From: Methanobacteriota archaeon | GTDB lineage: Archaea; Thermoplasmatota; Thermoplasmata; Methanomassiliicoccales; UBA472 | Direction of reading: 5' to 3' | DNA: 64,000 nucleotides | Assembly: GCA_012729095.1 (NCBI GenBank) | Contig: JAAYDU010000034.1 | Span: 178 to 64,177, forward strand | In this document: positions 1 to 8,691 of the stretch, in pieces | How the letters are laid out: each line of letters begins with the position of its first letter | Numbering within the stretch: the stretch's first letter is position 1 | Program-made: the position numbers and the translations under genes | Notes under the pieces: model-generated | The model's input: only the letters and a program-made list of their open reading frames with translations | Told to the model about the DNA's origin: nothing | Databases searched by the model: none

Positions 1-553
1 TGAGGTATACGGAAAAGGCGTAGGTGAATATTCCCAGGGTCTTGCGCAGCATCCTGCCAGCCAGTATGTACAGGGCGGCCATGACGCCGCCTAAGAGCGC
101 AAGAGCGTTGCCGAAGGATTCCCCGGTACCGAGCCCGGTCAGGGCGATGATCGCTACGCCTAAGAATCCGATGGACACGCCCAAGATCGTCTTTTTAGAG
201 GATTCCTTGAGCACGACCACCGAGGCGGCGCCGACGATCAGGGGATGGAAGTTCACCAGCAGGGTGCTGGATGCCACGGACGTGTAACGAAGAGAGGAGA
301 TGAAGGCGAAGAAGTGAACCGCCAGCACCACCCCGGTCAGCATGACCGAGCCCAGGGTCCGACGGTCCATGGGCATGGAACCCTTGCTCTCGTGGAAGGC
401 GAACGGAGCGAGGATGAGGGAGGCGAGCAGCATGCGGTAGCCGGCGATGACCAGCGGATCGGAATCGCTCCAGCGGACGAATATGGAGGCGAAGGAGACG
501 GCCAGTATGGCGACGATGAGCGCGGGGTACGCCAGTCGGTGCTGCTCGGGCAT
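1..553 (-). CDS. EamA/DMT-family membrane transporter (3' end lies beyond window start)
   Basis: Not in the ORF track because it is open at the window edge. My translation of the minus strand from ATG 553-551 gives MPEQHRLAYPALIVAILAVSFASIFVRWSDSDPLVIAGYRMLLASLILAPFAF...SLRYTSVASSTLLVNFHPLIV... with no stop down to position 1. Repeated hydrophobic helices and an EamA-like pattern. Confidence 0.6.
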   Translation of the reverse strand, partial: MPEQHRLAYPALIVAILAVSFASIFVRWSDSDPLVIAGYRMLLASLILAPFAFHESKGSMPMDRRTLGSVMLTGVVLAVHFFAFISSLRYTSVASSTLLVNFHPLIVGAASVVVLKESSKKTILGVSIGFLGVAIIALTGLGTGESFGNALALLGGVMAALYILAGRMLRKTLGIFTYAFSVYL

Positions 554-557
554 GGTA

Positions 558-1058
558 TCAGTGTATGATGACGGAACGTACGCCCTTGCAGGCGCGTATC
601 TGCGGCAGAAGCTCCGGGGGCACCGCCCCGGCGGTTATGATGAACAATCTCGGATCTGGCGACAGGTCGGGATCGCTGACCACCGTCTGGCGGACGGAGA
701 TGCCCTCGCGGGCGATGAGACCGGTGACCTCGGCGACGATGCCGGGGGTGGCGGCGTCCGTGGGAATTATCTCCAATGCCGTCCAGCCCATGACCGGCGC
801 CACGTCCGCGAGGAGAGCGGTGGGCATGAGGCGGGAATAAACAGCGCTCAGCTCCGGGGTCTGCTGAATGGTGTCCACAGCCGAACGCACTATGCGGCGG
901 TCCACGTTGGCCGCCCGTCCGATGGCCATGTCGGCGATCTCCACGTCCCCGCAGTACACCCGGCCCTCCTGGACCTTGAGCCCGTGGACCAGGAGCAGCT
1001 TGGCCACCTTGGCCTGGGACGGGTACTTGCCGAAATGCTTGGAGAGGGATTTCCACAT
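558..1058 (-). CDS. ACT-domain putative amino-acid-responsive regulator (COG2150-like)
   Basis: 166-aa ORF. The N-terminal half looks HTH-like (AKVAKLLLVHGLKV...ANVDRRIVRSAVDTI). The C-terminal half looks like an ACT fold (LEIIPTDAATPGIVAEVTGLIAREGISVRQ). Confidence 0.6.
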   Translation of the reverse strand: MWKSLSKHFGKYPSQAKVAKLLLVHGLKVQEGRVYCGDVEIADMAIGRAANVDRRIVRSAVDTIQQTPELSAVYSRLMPTALLADVAPVMGWTALEIIPTDAATPGIVAEVTGLIAREGISVRQTVVSDPDLSPDPRLFIITAGAVPPELLPQIRACKGVRSVIIH

Positions 1059-1217
1059 CGAGTGACGTAGATGTGTTCTAGGCTTATAATCGTTGACAGA
1101 ACCGCGTAATGATGCTCAAAATTGCTATTCGATGAAAACCAAAGTGCAATGTTCGTGGAGCGGACATCGTAATAATTGCAATATCAACGGTTAAATAAGA
1201 GAAATACAATGTAAATT

Positions 1218-1234
1218 TTGTGAATTATTCACAA
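1218..1234. promoter_or_regulatory. Perfect 8-1-8 palindrome TTGTGAAT-T-ATTCACAA just upstream of the ATPase start codon
   Basis: Read directly from the sequence. It ends 8 nt before ATG 1243. A TTAAATAA TATA-like box lies about 20 nt further upstream. Confidence 0.4.
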
Positions 1235-1242
1235 TAATTTGC

Positions 1243-2535
1243 ATGGGGGATAAAGATATGTTGCTAGAATTCGAAGTGGAGAACTTCCGTTCCTTCGCTG
1301 GACCGGTGACCTTCAGCATGATCGCATCCTCGGACAAGAGCCATGAGCGCCACCTCATCGATATGGAGGGATCCAAGGACAAGGTGATGCGTTCGGCATC
1401 CGTCTATGGGGCGAACGCATCCGGCAAATCCAATCTCGTCATGGCCATGGGAATGCTCCAGACCATGGTCCTGCGTTCTCACCTGGCGCAACTGGGCGAG
1501 ATGATACCTTTCTTCCCTTTCAAGTTCGGGAAGCCGGGGGAGGGCGTGTCCACCCGTTACCGAGTGGCCTTCCTGGCGGATGGCGTGGAATACGAATATG
1601 CGGTCAGGCATGATGCCGAGCGCGTGCTGGAGGAATCGCTGCACCACTATCCCCGGAATCGCAAGGCCATCATCTTCGAGAGGTCCCATGGCCAGGACCT
1701 GAGGGCGCCTCAGGACAATGGGTCGCTTAGGGCGATAGCCGATAAGACCCTCCCCAATGCCCTCCTCCTGTCCAAAGCGGTTCAGGACAATCATGCCATG
1801 GCGATCCCTGCCTTCAGATGGTTCCAGGAGCGGCTCATGGTGATCCTAAACATAAATTCCATGGTCGTGGAGGAGAGAGCACTGGCCCGTATGCAACAGG
1901 ATGAGCGCTTTCGTTCCTTCCTTCTCAAGGCCTTGAGCATGGCCGATATCGGCATAGTCGACGTTCGCGGCAAGATCGTCCAGATGGACCAGGATGAGCT
2001 GGGGAGGATGCCGCCGGAGATCCAGGAGCAGATGCGCGGAATGGTGAACGGCAAGATAGAGCAGTGGCGCAGGCTGGAGATCAAGACCGTCCATCAGGTC
2101 ATAGATGGGGACGGAGAACCGATCCAGGTGGAGATGGACTTCCATGGCGAGGAATCATTGGGGACCCAGAAGGTCTTCGCGGTGATGTCGTTGATCCTTG
2201 AGGCTATGGAGGCCGGACGGGTCCTGGTGATGGACGAGATGGACCTTCGTTTGCATCCCCTCATCGCCAGGTTCCTGGTGGAGATGATGAACGACCCTCA
2301 ACAGAACAGGGGGAACGCCCAGTTCCTGTTCACAACCCACAACACCAACCTGATCGACCTGGACCTGTTCAGGAGGGACCAGATATGGTTCGTGGAGAAG
2401 GATGATCGCGGGCGGACCCGCCTCTATTCGCTCTCCGATTTCAATGTGCGAAAGGACCTCAGGGTCCAGAAGGCCTACGAGATAGGGAGGTTCGGGGCGG
2501 TGCCATTCGTTCAAGGAGGGAAGGTCGTCGAATGA
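1243..2535 (+). CDS. ABC-type/AAA_21-like ATPase (AbiLi / RloA-like)
   Basis: 430 aa. Walker A GANASGKSN, ESLGTQK, Walker B LVMDEMD, TTHN. ATGA overlap with the next gene. Confidence 0.75.
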   Translation: MGDKDMLLEFEVENFRSFAGPVTFSMIASSDKSHERHLIDMEGSKDKVMRSASVYGANASGKSNLVMAMGMLQTMVLRSHLAQLGEMIPFFPFKFGKPGEGVSTRYRVAFLADGVEYEYAVRHDAERVLEESLHHYPRNRKAIIFERSHGQDLRAPQDNGSLRAIADKTLPNALLLSKAVQDNHAMAIPAFRWFQERLMVILNINSMVVEERALARMQQDERFRSFLLKALSMADIGIVDVRGKIVQMDQDELGRMPPEIQEQMRGMVNGKIEQWRRLEIKTVHQVIDGDGEPIQVEMDFHGEESLGTQKVFAVMSLILEAMEAGRVLVMDEMDLRLHPLIARFLVEMMNDPQQNRGNAQFLFTTHNTNLIDLDLFRRDQIWFVEKDDRGRTRLYSLSDFNVRKDLRVQKAYEIGRFGAVPFVQGGKVVE

Positions 2536-3167
2536 TGCGGCACCGGGGCCGACGGTCTCATCCGATGGAGTCCAAGCCCCGGTTGCTCATAGTTTGCGAG
2601 GGAAGACGGACCGAACCGAACTACTTCGATGGATTCCGGAAAGAGAATCGCAACGTTGTCATCAGCATATGCGAGTCGCCTGGAAAGACCCCTCTACAGA
2701 TAGTCCGCCATGCTTTACAGAAGGCCAGGGAATTGGACATCGGAAAGGTCGACGGGGATTCCGCGTGGTGCGTATTCGATGTGGACGAATGTGAGGACAA
2801 GGACATGCGAAGGGCCGTGGAGATCGCCGGAAACGAACTGGAGCTGGCCGTGTCCAATCCCTGCTTCGAGGTGTGGTTCCTCCTTCATCACACCTTTGCC
2901 GAGAAACGCATGGACACCTGCCGGGACGTCATCATCGAACTTCGCAAGTACGTTCCTGGATACGATAAGTCAGCGGAGCATTTCGATCATCTCAGACCCT
3001 TGTCCTCGACCGCCATCTTCAACGCGGAAAGATTGGAGAGGAGTCGTGTTGGAATGGGGTATTTGGCCCACATGAGGGGCGCCAACCCATGCACGAACGT
3101 GCACCATCTCGTGAAGATGATCCTAGGTGATCCGGACCACCCTTCAAAAAGCGAGAATGAGAGGTAA
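2532..3167 (+). CDS. RloB-like Toprim-fold protein (AbiLii-like)
   Basis: 211 aa. LLIVCEGRRTEPNYF and WCVFDVDE, i.e. the Glu and DxD typical of the RloB/Toprim fold. Translationally coupled to the ATPase. Confidence 0.7.
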   Translation: MMRHRGRRSHPMESKPRLLIVCEGRRTEPNYFDGFRKENRNVVISICESPGKTPLQIVRHALQKARELDIGKVDGDSAWCVFDVDECEDKDMRRAVEIAGNELELAVSNPCFEVWFLLHHTFAEKRMDTCRDVIIELRKYVPGYDKSAEHFDHLRPLSSTAIFNAERLERSRVGMGYLAHMRGANPCTNVHHLVKMILGDPDHPSKSENER

Positions 3168-3305
3168 GAAGCGAACGAACATCCCTTGACCGGGCTTTGC
3201 GACGCTTGCAGGCTGGAATATGTTCATAAAGCTTGCACATTATATTTGTCAGGAACGCAACTCTTATATGCGTGCTATAAATTGACACGGCAGGAAGGTG
3301 AAAAA

Positions 3306-4097
3306 GTGCTAGGCAAGAGCGTAAGGATGGAGCGGATAATGGACCGGGGCACCGGCAGGGCGGTGATCGTCCCCATGGACCACGGCATTACCAACGGCCC
3401 CATCGAAGGACTAGTTGACATGAGGTCGACCATAGACAAGGTGGCTCAGGGAGGGGCGACCGCCATCGTCCTGCACAAGGGCATAATCCCCTACAGCCAC
3501 CGGTCCTTTGGGCGCGACATCGGTCTGATCGTGCATCTCTCGGCCAGCACCAAGTTCAGCAAGCGCAATGACCAGAAGATACTGGTGACCACGGTCGAGG
3601 AGGCCCTCAAGATCGGCGCGGACGCGGTGTCCATTCACGTGAACATCGGCAACGAGTACGAGAACGAGATGCTGGAGGACTTCGGGGACATATCCCGCCG
3701 CTGCAACGAGTGGGGCATGCCCCTGCTGGTCATGATATACCCGCGGGGCAAGGACATGAAGGACGCCTATGACCCGGACGCGCTGAAGGTGTGCGCCCGC
3801 GTGGGGGCGGAGCTTGGAGCGGACATCATCAAGACCAGCTACACCGGGGACATAGACACCTTCCGGGAAGTGGTGCGCGGTGCCCAGGCACCTGTGGTCA
3901 TTGCCGGAGGTCCGAAGATGGACTCTGACGAGAAGCTGCTGCAGATGGTTCGGGACTCTATCGACGCCGGGGGAAAGGGCGTCTCCATCGGCCGCAACAT
4001 ATTCCAGCACAGGAACGTGATCGGGATCACCAAGGCCGTCAGCGGCATAGTGCTCGAGGACATGGAAGTCGAAGAGGCCATGCAACTCCTGAAGTGA
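3306..4097 (+). CDS. aroA': 2-amino-3,7-dideoxy-D-threo-hept-6-ulosonate (ADH) synthase, class I aldolase
   Basis: VIVPMDHGITNGPIEGL, HLSAST, ADAVSIHVN, IKTSYTG, SIGRNIFQH closely resemble the M. jannaschii MJ0400 family. Start placed at GTG 3306 (GGTGA + 4 nt); ATG 3327 is an alternative. Confidence 0.85.
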   Translation: MLGKSVRMERIMDRGTGRAVIVPMDHGITNGPIEGLVDMRSTIDKVAQGGATAIVLHKGIIPYSHRSFGRDIGLIVHLSASTKFSKRNDQKILVTTVEEALKIGADAVSIHVNIGNEYENEMLEDFGDISRRCNEWGMPLLVMIYPRGKDMKDAYDPDALKVCARVGAELGADIIKTSYTGDIDTFREVVRGAQAPVVIAGGPKMDSDEKLLQMVRDSIDAGGKGVSIGRNIFQHRNVIGITKAVSGIVLEDMEVEEAMQLLK

Positions 4098-4101
4098 TTG
4101 T

Positions 4102-5139
4102 ATGTCCGGAAAGGGCAAAATAGTCTGGGTGAGGGCCGATCACCTCACGTCATCCGCCGAGAGGAAGGGAATGGTCACCTCCGCGCTGGAAGCTGGTTAC
4201 GCCGACATAGTGCTTCGGGAAGAGGATTCCGCCCTGCAGAAGGTCGGTCGCTACTACCCGATAGTCCGAAAGGGAGAGGAGCTGTTCGCCGACGGCAAGC
4301 AGGTCGGGGTCGTTCTGACGATACGCGACCACAAGGACGCCGAAAAGGCGTCCCGCTTCAAAGGAAAGCAGGAGTTCGTTCTTGTCGAGTCCCACGACTG
4401 GAAGGTCATTCCTCTGGAGAACCTCATCGCCGAGTTCCAGGGGACCAGCACCAAGGTCATCGCATCCTGCTCCTCCGTGGAGGAAGCGAAGCTCTTCGCC
4501 ACCACGTTGGAGACCGGCGTGGACGGGCTGGCGATCACCATCAGCGACCCTTCGAAACTGGGACAGTTCTCCGCTCTGGCACGGTCGGACGTGGCCGCGG
4601 TGGAGCTGGTCGAGGCGACCGTCAAGGCGGTGAGGCCGGTGAGCGTCGGCGACCGGGTGTGCGTGGACACCTGCTCCATGCTCGGCATCGGCGAGGGGAT
4701 GCTGGTCGGCTCCCAGTCCGCCTGCCTGTTCCTTGTCCAGAGCGAGTCCATGGACTCGCATTACGTCTCGTCCAGGCCGTTCCGCGTCAACGCGGGTGCG
4801 GTGCACGCGTACGTGCTGGGTTCTGACGGAAGGACGAAGTACCTCTCCGAGGTGAAGGGGGGAACGGAACTTCTGGCCGTGGATTCCCAGGGGCGAACGA
4901 GGCCGGTGGTGGTCGGCCGGGCCAAGGTAGAGGTTCGCCCGCTGCTGCTTCTGGAGGCGGAGGCGGGCGGCGAGACGTACACGACAATACTGCAGAACGC
5001 GGAGACCATACGCCTTTGCACCGGGGACGGCTCCATATCCATCTCCGACCTGAAGGAGGGGGACAAGGTGCTGGTGCGCCTGGAGGAAGGGGGAAGGCAT
5101 TTCGGTCATGCGGTGAAGGAAAGCGTTGTGGAGAGATGA
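4102..5139 (+). CDS. aroB': 3-dehydroquinate synthase II (archaeal type)
   Basis: 345 aa. KIVWVRAD...WKVIPLENLIAE...VHAYV pattern of the DHQ synthase II family. Positioned next to ADH synthase. Confidence 0.85.
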   Translation: MSGKGKIVWVRADHLTSSAERKGMVTSALEAGYADIVLREEDSALQKVGRYYPIVRKGEELFADGKQVGVVLTIRDHKDAEKASRFKGKQEFVLVESHDWKVIPLENLIAEFQGTSTKVIASCSSVEEAKLFATTLETGVDGLAITISDPSKLGQFSALARSDVAAVELVEATVKAVRPVSVGDRVCVDTCSMLGIGEGMLVGSQSACLFLVQSESMDSHYVSSRPFRVNAGAVHAYVLGSDGRTKYLSEVKGGTELLAVDSQGRTRPVVVGRAKVEVRPLLLLEAEAGGETYTTILQNAETIRLCTGDGSISISDLKEGDKVLVRLEEGGRHFGHAVKESVVER

Positions 5140-6593
5140 CCAGGACCTGCGTGGCGATCTCGGAGGCCGACGAGGCTTCGGCATTGGCGGTGGCGAGGGA
5201 GGCGATAGCCCGTGGCGCCGAATGCCTGGAGTTCCGCTTCGATCTCATGCCCCTGCTGCCCGACGACCTCGGCAGCTTCCAGAAGCTGGAGGTCCGTCGC
5301 ATAGCCACCCTGCGGGAGAGGGCGCAGGGCGGGGAATGGGAGGGCACCATCGAGAAGAAGTGGGAGTTCCTCTGGAGGGCTGCCAAGGCCGGCTTCGACA
5401 TAGACCTGGAGCTCGGCCATCCCCTGGTGCAGAGGGCCCACCTCCTCAAGCCGTCCAAGGTCATAGTGTCCTATCACGATCTGAAGAAGACGCCGCAGGT
5501 GGCCAAGGTGATAGAGTCGCTGGTGGAATGCTCGGCCCGCTCGGACATGGCAAAGGCGGCCTTCACCGTGCGAACCATGCACGACCTGGCGCAGCTGGTG
5601 GAGGCGGCCCGCTGGTTCGCCCTCAGCCGGGAGAGGTTCACCCTCATCGGCATGGGGGAGATGGGCGCGGTCACGCGCGTGCTGGCCCACCGCCTCGGTT
5701 CCCTGCTCTCGTACGCCTCCGCCTCCAGGGGAAAGGAGACCGCCCCCGGTCAGCTGGACCTGGAGACGGCCAAGTGGCTGGGGAAGGACCCTGTGGTCAC
5801 CGGCATAATCGGTTACCCGCTGGAGCATTCGCTGTCCCCGGTAATGCAGAACGCTGCCTTCAGGAGCGCCGCGGTGCGGGGCATATACCTGAAGTGGGTG
5901 ACCATGACGGACGAGCTGGAGGACTTTATGGACGTGGCGGAGGACCTGGGGGTCAGGGGGTTCAACGTGACCATCCCGCACAAGGAGTCCATAGTACCGC
6001 TGCTGGACCGGGTGGACCCGGTGGCCGAGCGCATAGGCGCGGTGAACACCGTGGTCTGCGAGGATGGTTCCCTGGTGGGCAGGAACACGGACGTGATCGG
6101 CGTGGAGAGGACGTTCGAGCGGCACGGTGTGGACGTTAAGGGAAAGGCGGCCCTGGTCCTGGGGGCGGGGGGCGCCTCCCGGTCCGTGCTCTCCTTCCTG
6201 ACCGGCAAGGGTGCGGAAATAGACATAGTCAACCGCAGCATGGGCAAGGCCGAGTCGCTGGCCAGGACCTTCGGGGCGGGGGCGGTCACCACCAGGGTGG
6301 CTGAGGAGAAGCGCTACGATGTGATAGTGAACTGCACCCCCTTGGGAATGAAGGGGTTCCCGCAGGGGATGTCTATATCCCCGCACGTTCTGCACGAGGG
6401 GCAGTTCGTGATGGACACCGTGTACAACCCGGCGGTGACGCCGCTGCTGGCGGAGGCGTCCCAAAGGAACGCGCTGGCGGTGAACGGCAAGGACATGCTG
6501 ATATACCAGGCCCTGGCCTCCTTCGAGATGTGGACCGGAAAGGCCGTGGAGTACGAAGTGATGGAAAGGGCCTTCCGGGAGGCGCTGCCTTGA
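5136..6593 (+). CDS. aroDE: Fused type I 3-dehydroquinate dehydratase / shikimate dehydrogenase
   Basis: N-terminal half has IVSYHD and the MAKAAF Schiff-base Lys context. C-terminal half has GIIGYPLEHSLSPVMQNAAF, FNVTIPHK, NTDVIGV, GAGGASR. ATG 5136 overlaps the upstream stop (ATGA). The track's 5016 start is an out-of-frame read-through of aroB'. Confidence 0.85.
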   Translation: MTRTCVAISEADEASALAVAREAIARGAECLEFRFDLMPLLPDDLGSFQKLEVRRIATLRERAQGGEWEGTIEKKWEFLWRAAKAGFDIDLELGHPLVQRAHLLKPSKVIVSYHDLKKTPQVAKVIESLVECSARSDMAKAAFTVRTMHDLAQLVEAARWFALSRERFTLIGMGEMGAVTRVLAHRLGSLLSYASASRGKETAPGQLDLETAKWLGKDPVVTGIIGYPLEHSLSPVMQNAAFRSAAVRGIYLKWVTMTDELEDFMDVAEDLGVRGFNVTIPHKESIVPLLDRVDPVAERIGAVNTVVCEDGSLVGRNTDVIGVERTFERHGVDVKGKAALVLGAGGASRSVLSFLTGKGAEIDIVNRSMGKAESLARTFGAGAVTTRVAEEKRYDVIVNCTPLGMKGFPQGMSISPHVLHEGQFVMDTVYNPAVTPLLAEASQRNALAVNGKDMLIYQALASFEMWTGKAVEYEVMERAFREALP

Positions 6594-7435
6594 AGGGGAG
6601 GGGCGTGGCCGGTGGGGCCATCACCATCATCAACGCCATCGCCGCCGGGAAGGGCTGCGCGGTGGGCGTTGACCTCCGGACATGGGCGGAGGTGGAGCTG
6701 GTCCCCGGCGATGGCGTGGAGGTGGAGCTGGAAGGGCTTGCGGGGGAACCGACGCAACTGGTGGAGCAGTGCGTGCTATCTGTCCTGGAACGATTCTCGA
6801 TCGGAGGGGGGGCGAGGGTGCGCACCGGCTCACAGATCCCCGTGTCCAGGGGATTGAAGAGCAGCAGCGCGGCGGCCAACGCGGTCATACTGGCCACGTT
6901 GGACGCGCTGCAGGTGGAAATGCCCGCCCTGGACGTGCTGAGGATGAACGCCGAGGTCTCCATAGGAGCAGGCGTTTCCGTCACCGGGGCCATGGACGAC
7001 GCCGCGGCCTCGCTGCTCGGGGGAGCGGTGTTCACCGATAACAGCGCCGGAACGCTGCTGCGCCGCGAGCGCTTCGGCCTCTGCGACAAGGTCGTCATTT
7101 CCGTTCCGGACAGGATGATACGCAAGACCGGACTTCCCGGGGAGCGCATCGCCCTGTACCGCGGGCTGGCGGAGGAGGCGTTCCGCATGGCCTGGGACGG
7201 GGAGTATGCGAAGGCCATGACATTGAACTCCCTGGTATACGGGGCGGCCCTGGGCTTGGACCAGGAGATTTCGATCAAGGCCCTTCGCGCCGGAGCCATC
7301 GCCTCGGGCATATCCGGCACCGGGCCGGCGGTGGCCTCCCTGGTCCGCGCGGGGGAGGCGGCCCGGGTGGCCCAGGCCCTGGGAGGGAACGCGCTCGTCG
7401 TGAACGTGAACCAGGGGGCCGAAGGATGCGATTGA
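6590..7435 (+). CDS. aroK: Shikimate kinase, archaeal GHMP type
   Basis: GGAITIINAIAAGKGCAVGVDL, GLKSSSAAANA, TGAMDDAAASLLGG, SGTGPA match the MJ1440-type kinase. TTG 6590 overlaps the aroDE stop (TTGA), with GGGAGG 6 nt upstream. Confidence 0.8.
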   Translation: MKGRGVAGGAITIINAIAAGKGCAVGVDLRTWAEVELVPGDGVEVELEGLAGEPTQLVEQCVLSVLERFSIGGGARVRTGSQIPVSRGLKSSSAAANAVILATLDALQVEMPALDVLRMNAEVSIGAGVSVTGAMDDAAASLLGGAVFTDNSAGTLLRRERFGLCDKVVISVPDRMIRKTGLPGERIALYRGLAEEAFRMAWDGEYAKAMTLNSLVYGAALGLDQEISIKALRAGAIASGISGTGPAVASLVRAGEAARVAQALGGNALVVNVNQGAEGCD

Positions 7436-8691
7436 AGGTCAGACCGTCCGCCGCCGAGGGGGGCGTGATGTCCTCCCCGTCGAAAAGCTACACGCACAGG
7501 GCCATGACCCTGGCCTTGCTGGCCGACGGGGAGAGCGTGCTGCGCCGGCCGCTGCTGGGAGAGGATACCCTGGCCACCCTGGAAGCGGTCAAGGCCTTCG
7601 GGGGACGGGTGATGGAGGGAGATCCCTTGCGCGTGACCGGAGGTGCGCTCGAATGCCCCGATGACGTGATAGACACCAGGAACTCCGGGACCACCATCAG
7701 GCTGATGGCCGGGGTGGCGTCGCTGCTTCCCTGCGCCACCGTGCTCACCGGCGACGAGAGCGTCAGGCGACGGCCGATGCAGCCGCTGATCGACTCCCTG
7801 GCGATGATGGGGGTTCGCTGCGAGAGCACCCGCGGGAACGGCTTGGCCCCCCTGATCGTCAAGGGACCCAACCTCGGAAGCAGGACGGAGATCCGCGGCG
7901 ACGTGAGCTCGCAGTTCATCTCGTCCCTACTGATATCCTCGGCCCTGAAGGAGGTGGACACCGAGATCGCGCTCTCCACCCCCCTGCGGTCAAGACCGTA
8001 CGTGGACATAACCAGGCAGATGATGGAGCGCTTCGGTGCGTCCTGCCAGGTCACCGAGCATGGCTTCCTGGTGCAGGGCGGACAGAGGTATCGCCCCGTT
8101 GATTACGTCGTACCGGGCGATTTCTCCTCGGCGGCGTTCCCGTTGGCCGCCGGGGCCCTGACGGGAAAGGTCACCGTGCGGAACCTGGACCCGACGGACG
8201 TGCAGGGCGACCGCGCTTTCCTGGACATGCTCGTGTCCCTGGGAGCCAAGGTGGAATGGAAAGATAGCGAACTCACCTGCTCCCGTGCCGATCTGAGCGG
8301 TACGGACCTCGACCTGGGGGACGCCCCTGACCTGTTCCCGATAGCCGCTGTGATGTGCGCCTTCGCCAGGGGGGAGAGCCGCATATACAACGCGGCCCAC
8401 GTGCGTTTGAAGGAGAGCGACCGTATAGCCGCGACGGCCATGTTCCTGAAGGACATGGGCGCCGATATCGTGGAAACGGAGGACGGTTGCGTCATACGCG
8501 GGGGGCGGCCGCTGAAGGGAACGAACGTCAACGCTTTCAATGACCACCGCATACTGATGGCCGCGGCGGTGGCGGCGCTGGGGGCGGCCGGAGAGACCGT
8601 CATAAGCGATGGCGGGTGCCACCGCGTCTCGTACCCGGACTTCGTGAACGACATGAGGTCCCTGGGAACAATGATGGAGATGATACATTGA
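7426..8691 (+). CDS. aroA: 3-phosphoshikimate 1-carboxyvinyltransferase (EPSP synthase)
   Basis: 421 aa. PSKSYTHRA, NSGTTIRL, RRPMQPL, DHRILMAAAVAAL. Confidence 0.9.
   Translation: MRLKVRPSAAEGGVMSSPSKSYTHRAMTLALLADGESVLRRPLLGEDTLATLEAVKAFGGRVMEGDPLRVTGGALECPDDVIDTRNSGTTIRLMAGVASLLPCATVLTGDESVRRRPMQPLIDSLAMMGVRCESTRGNGLAPLIVKGPNLGSRTEIRGDVSSQFISSLLISSALKEVDTEIALSTPLRSRPYVDITRQMMERFGASCQVTEHGFLVQGGQRYRPVDYVVPGDFSSAAFPLAAGALTGKVTVRNLDPTDVQGDRAFLDMLVSLGAKVEWKDSELTCSRADLSGTDLDLGDAPDLFPIAAVMCAFARGESRIYNAAHVRLKESDRIAATAMFLKDMGADIVETEDGCVIRGGRPLKGTNVNAFNDHRILMAAAVAALGAAGETVISDGGCHRVSYPDFVNDMRSLGTMMEMIH

Noticed and set aside
337-1070. Overlapping 239-aa (minus) and 207-aa (plus) ORFs across the ACT-regulator gene
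   Set aside because: These are alternative-frame and antisense translations, Arg/Gly/Pro/His-rich and without motifs. The 166-aa frame has a coherent HTH plus ACT architecture.
3204-3237. Direct repeat GCTTGCA (3204-3210 and 3231-3237) upstream of the aro operon, and a TGTCAG hexamer shared by the aro, his and 39-kb promoters
   Set aside because: These are short (6-7 nt) and occur only two or three times in AT-rich spacers, which is within chance expectation. I kept them only as notes for anyone doing genome-wide motif discovery.
1059-3305. Boundaries of a mobile element or integrated island around the ATPase-RloB pair
   Set aside because: I found no integrase, transposase, tRNA target or flanking direct or inverted repeats when comparing 1059-1242 with 3168-3305. 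I report it as a compositionally distinct islet only, not as a mobile element.
5016-5135. Long N-terminal extensions offered by the ORF track (5016, 6530, 8616, 16462, 17620, 19879, 25472, 42074, 52994, 23434, 38441, 40424, 61457)
   Set aside because: The extensions are read from another frame of the upstream gene or from AT-rich promoter DNA, and they lack homology. Internal starts coincide with conserved N-termini, SD-like elements and NTGA stop-start overlaps.
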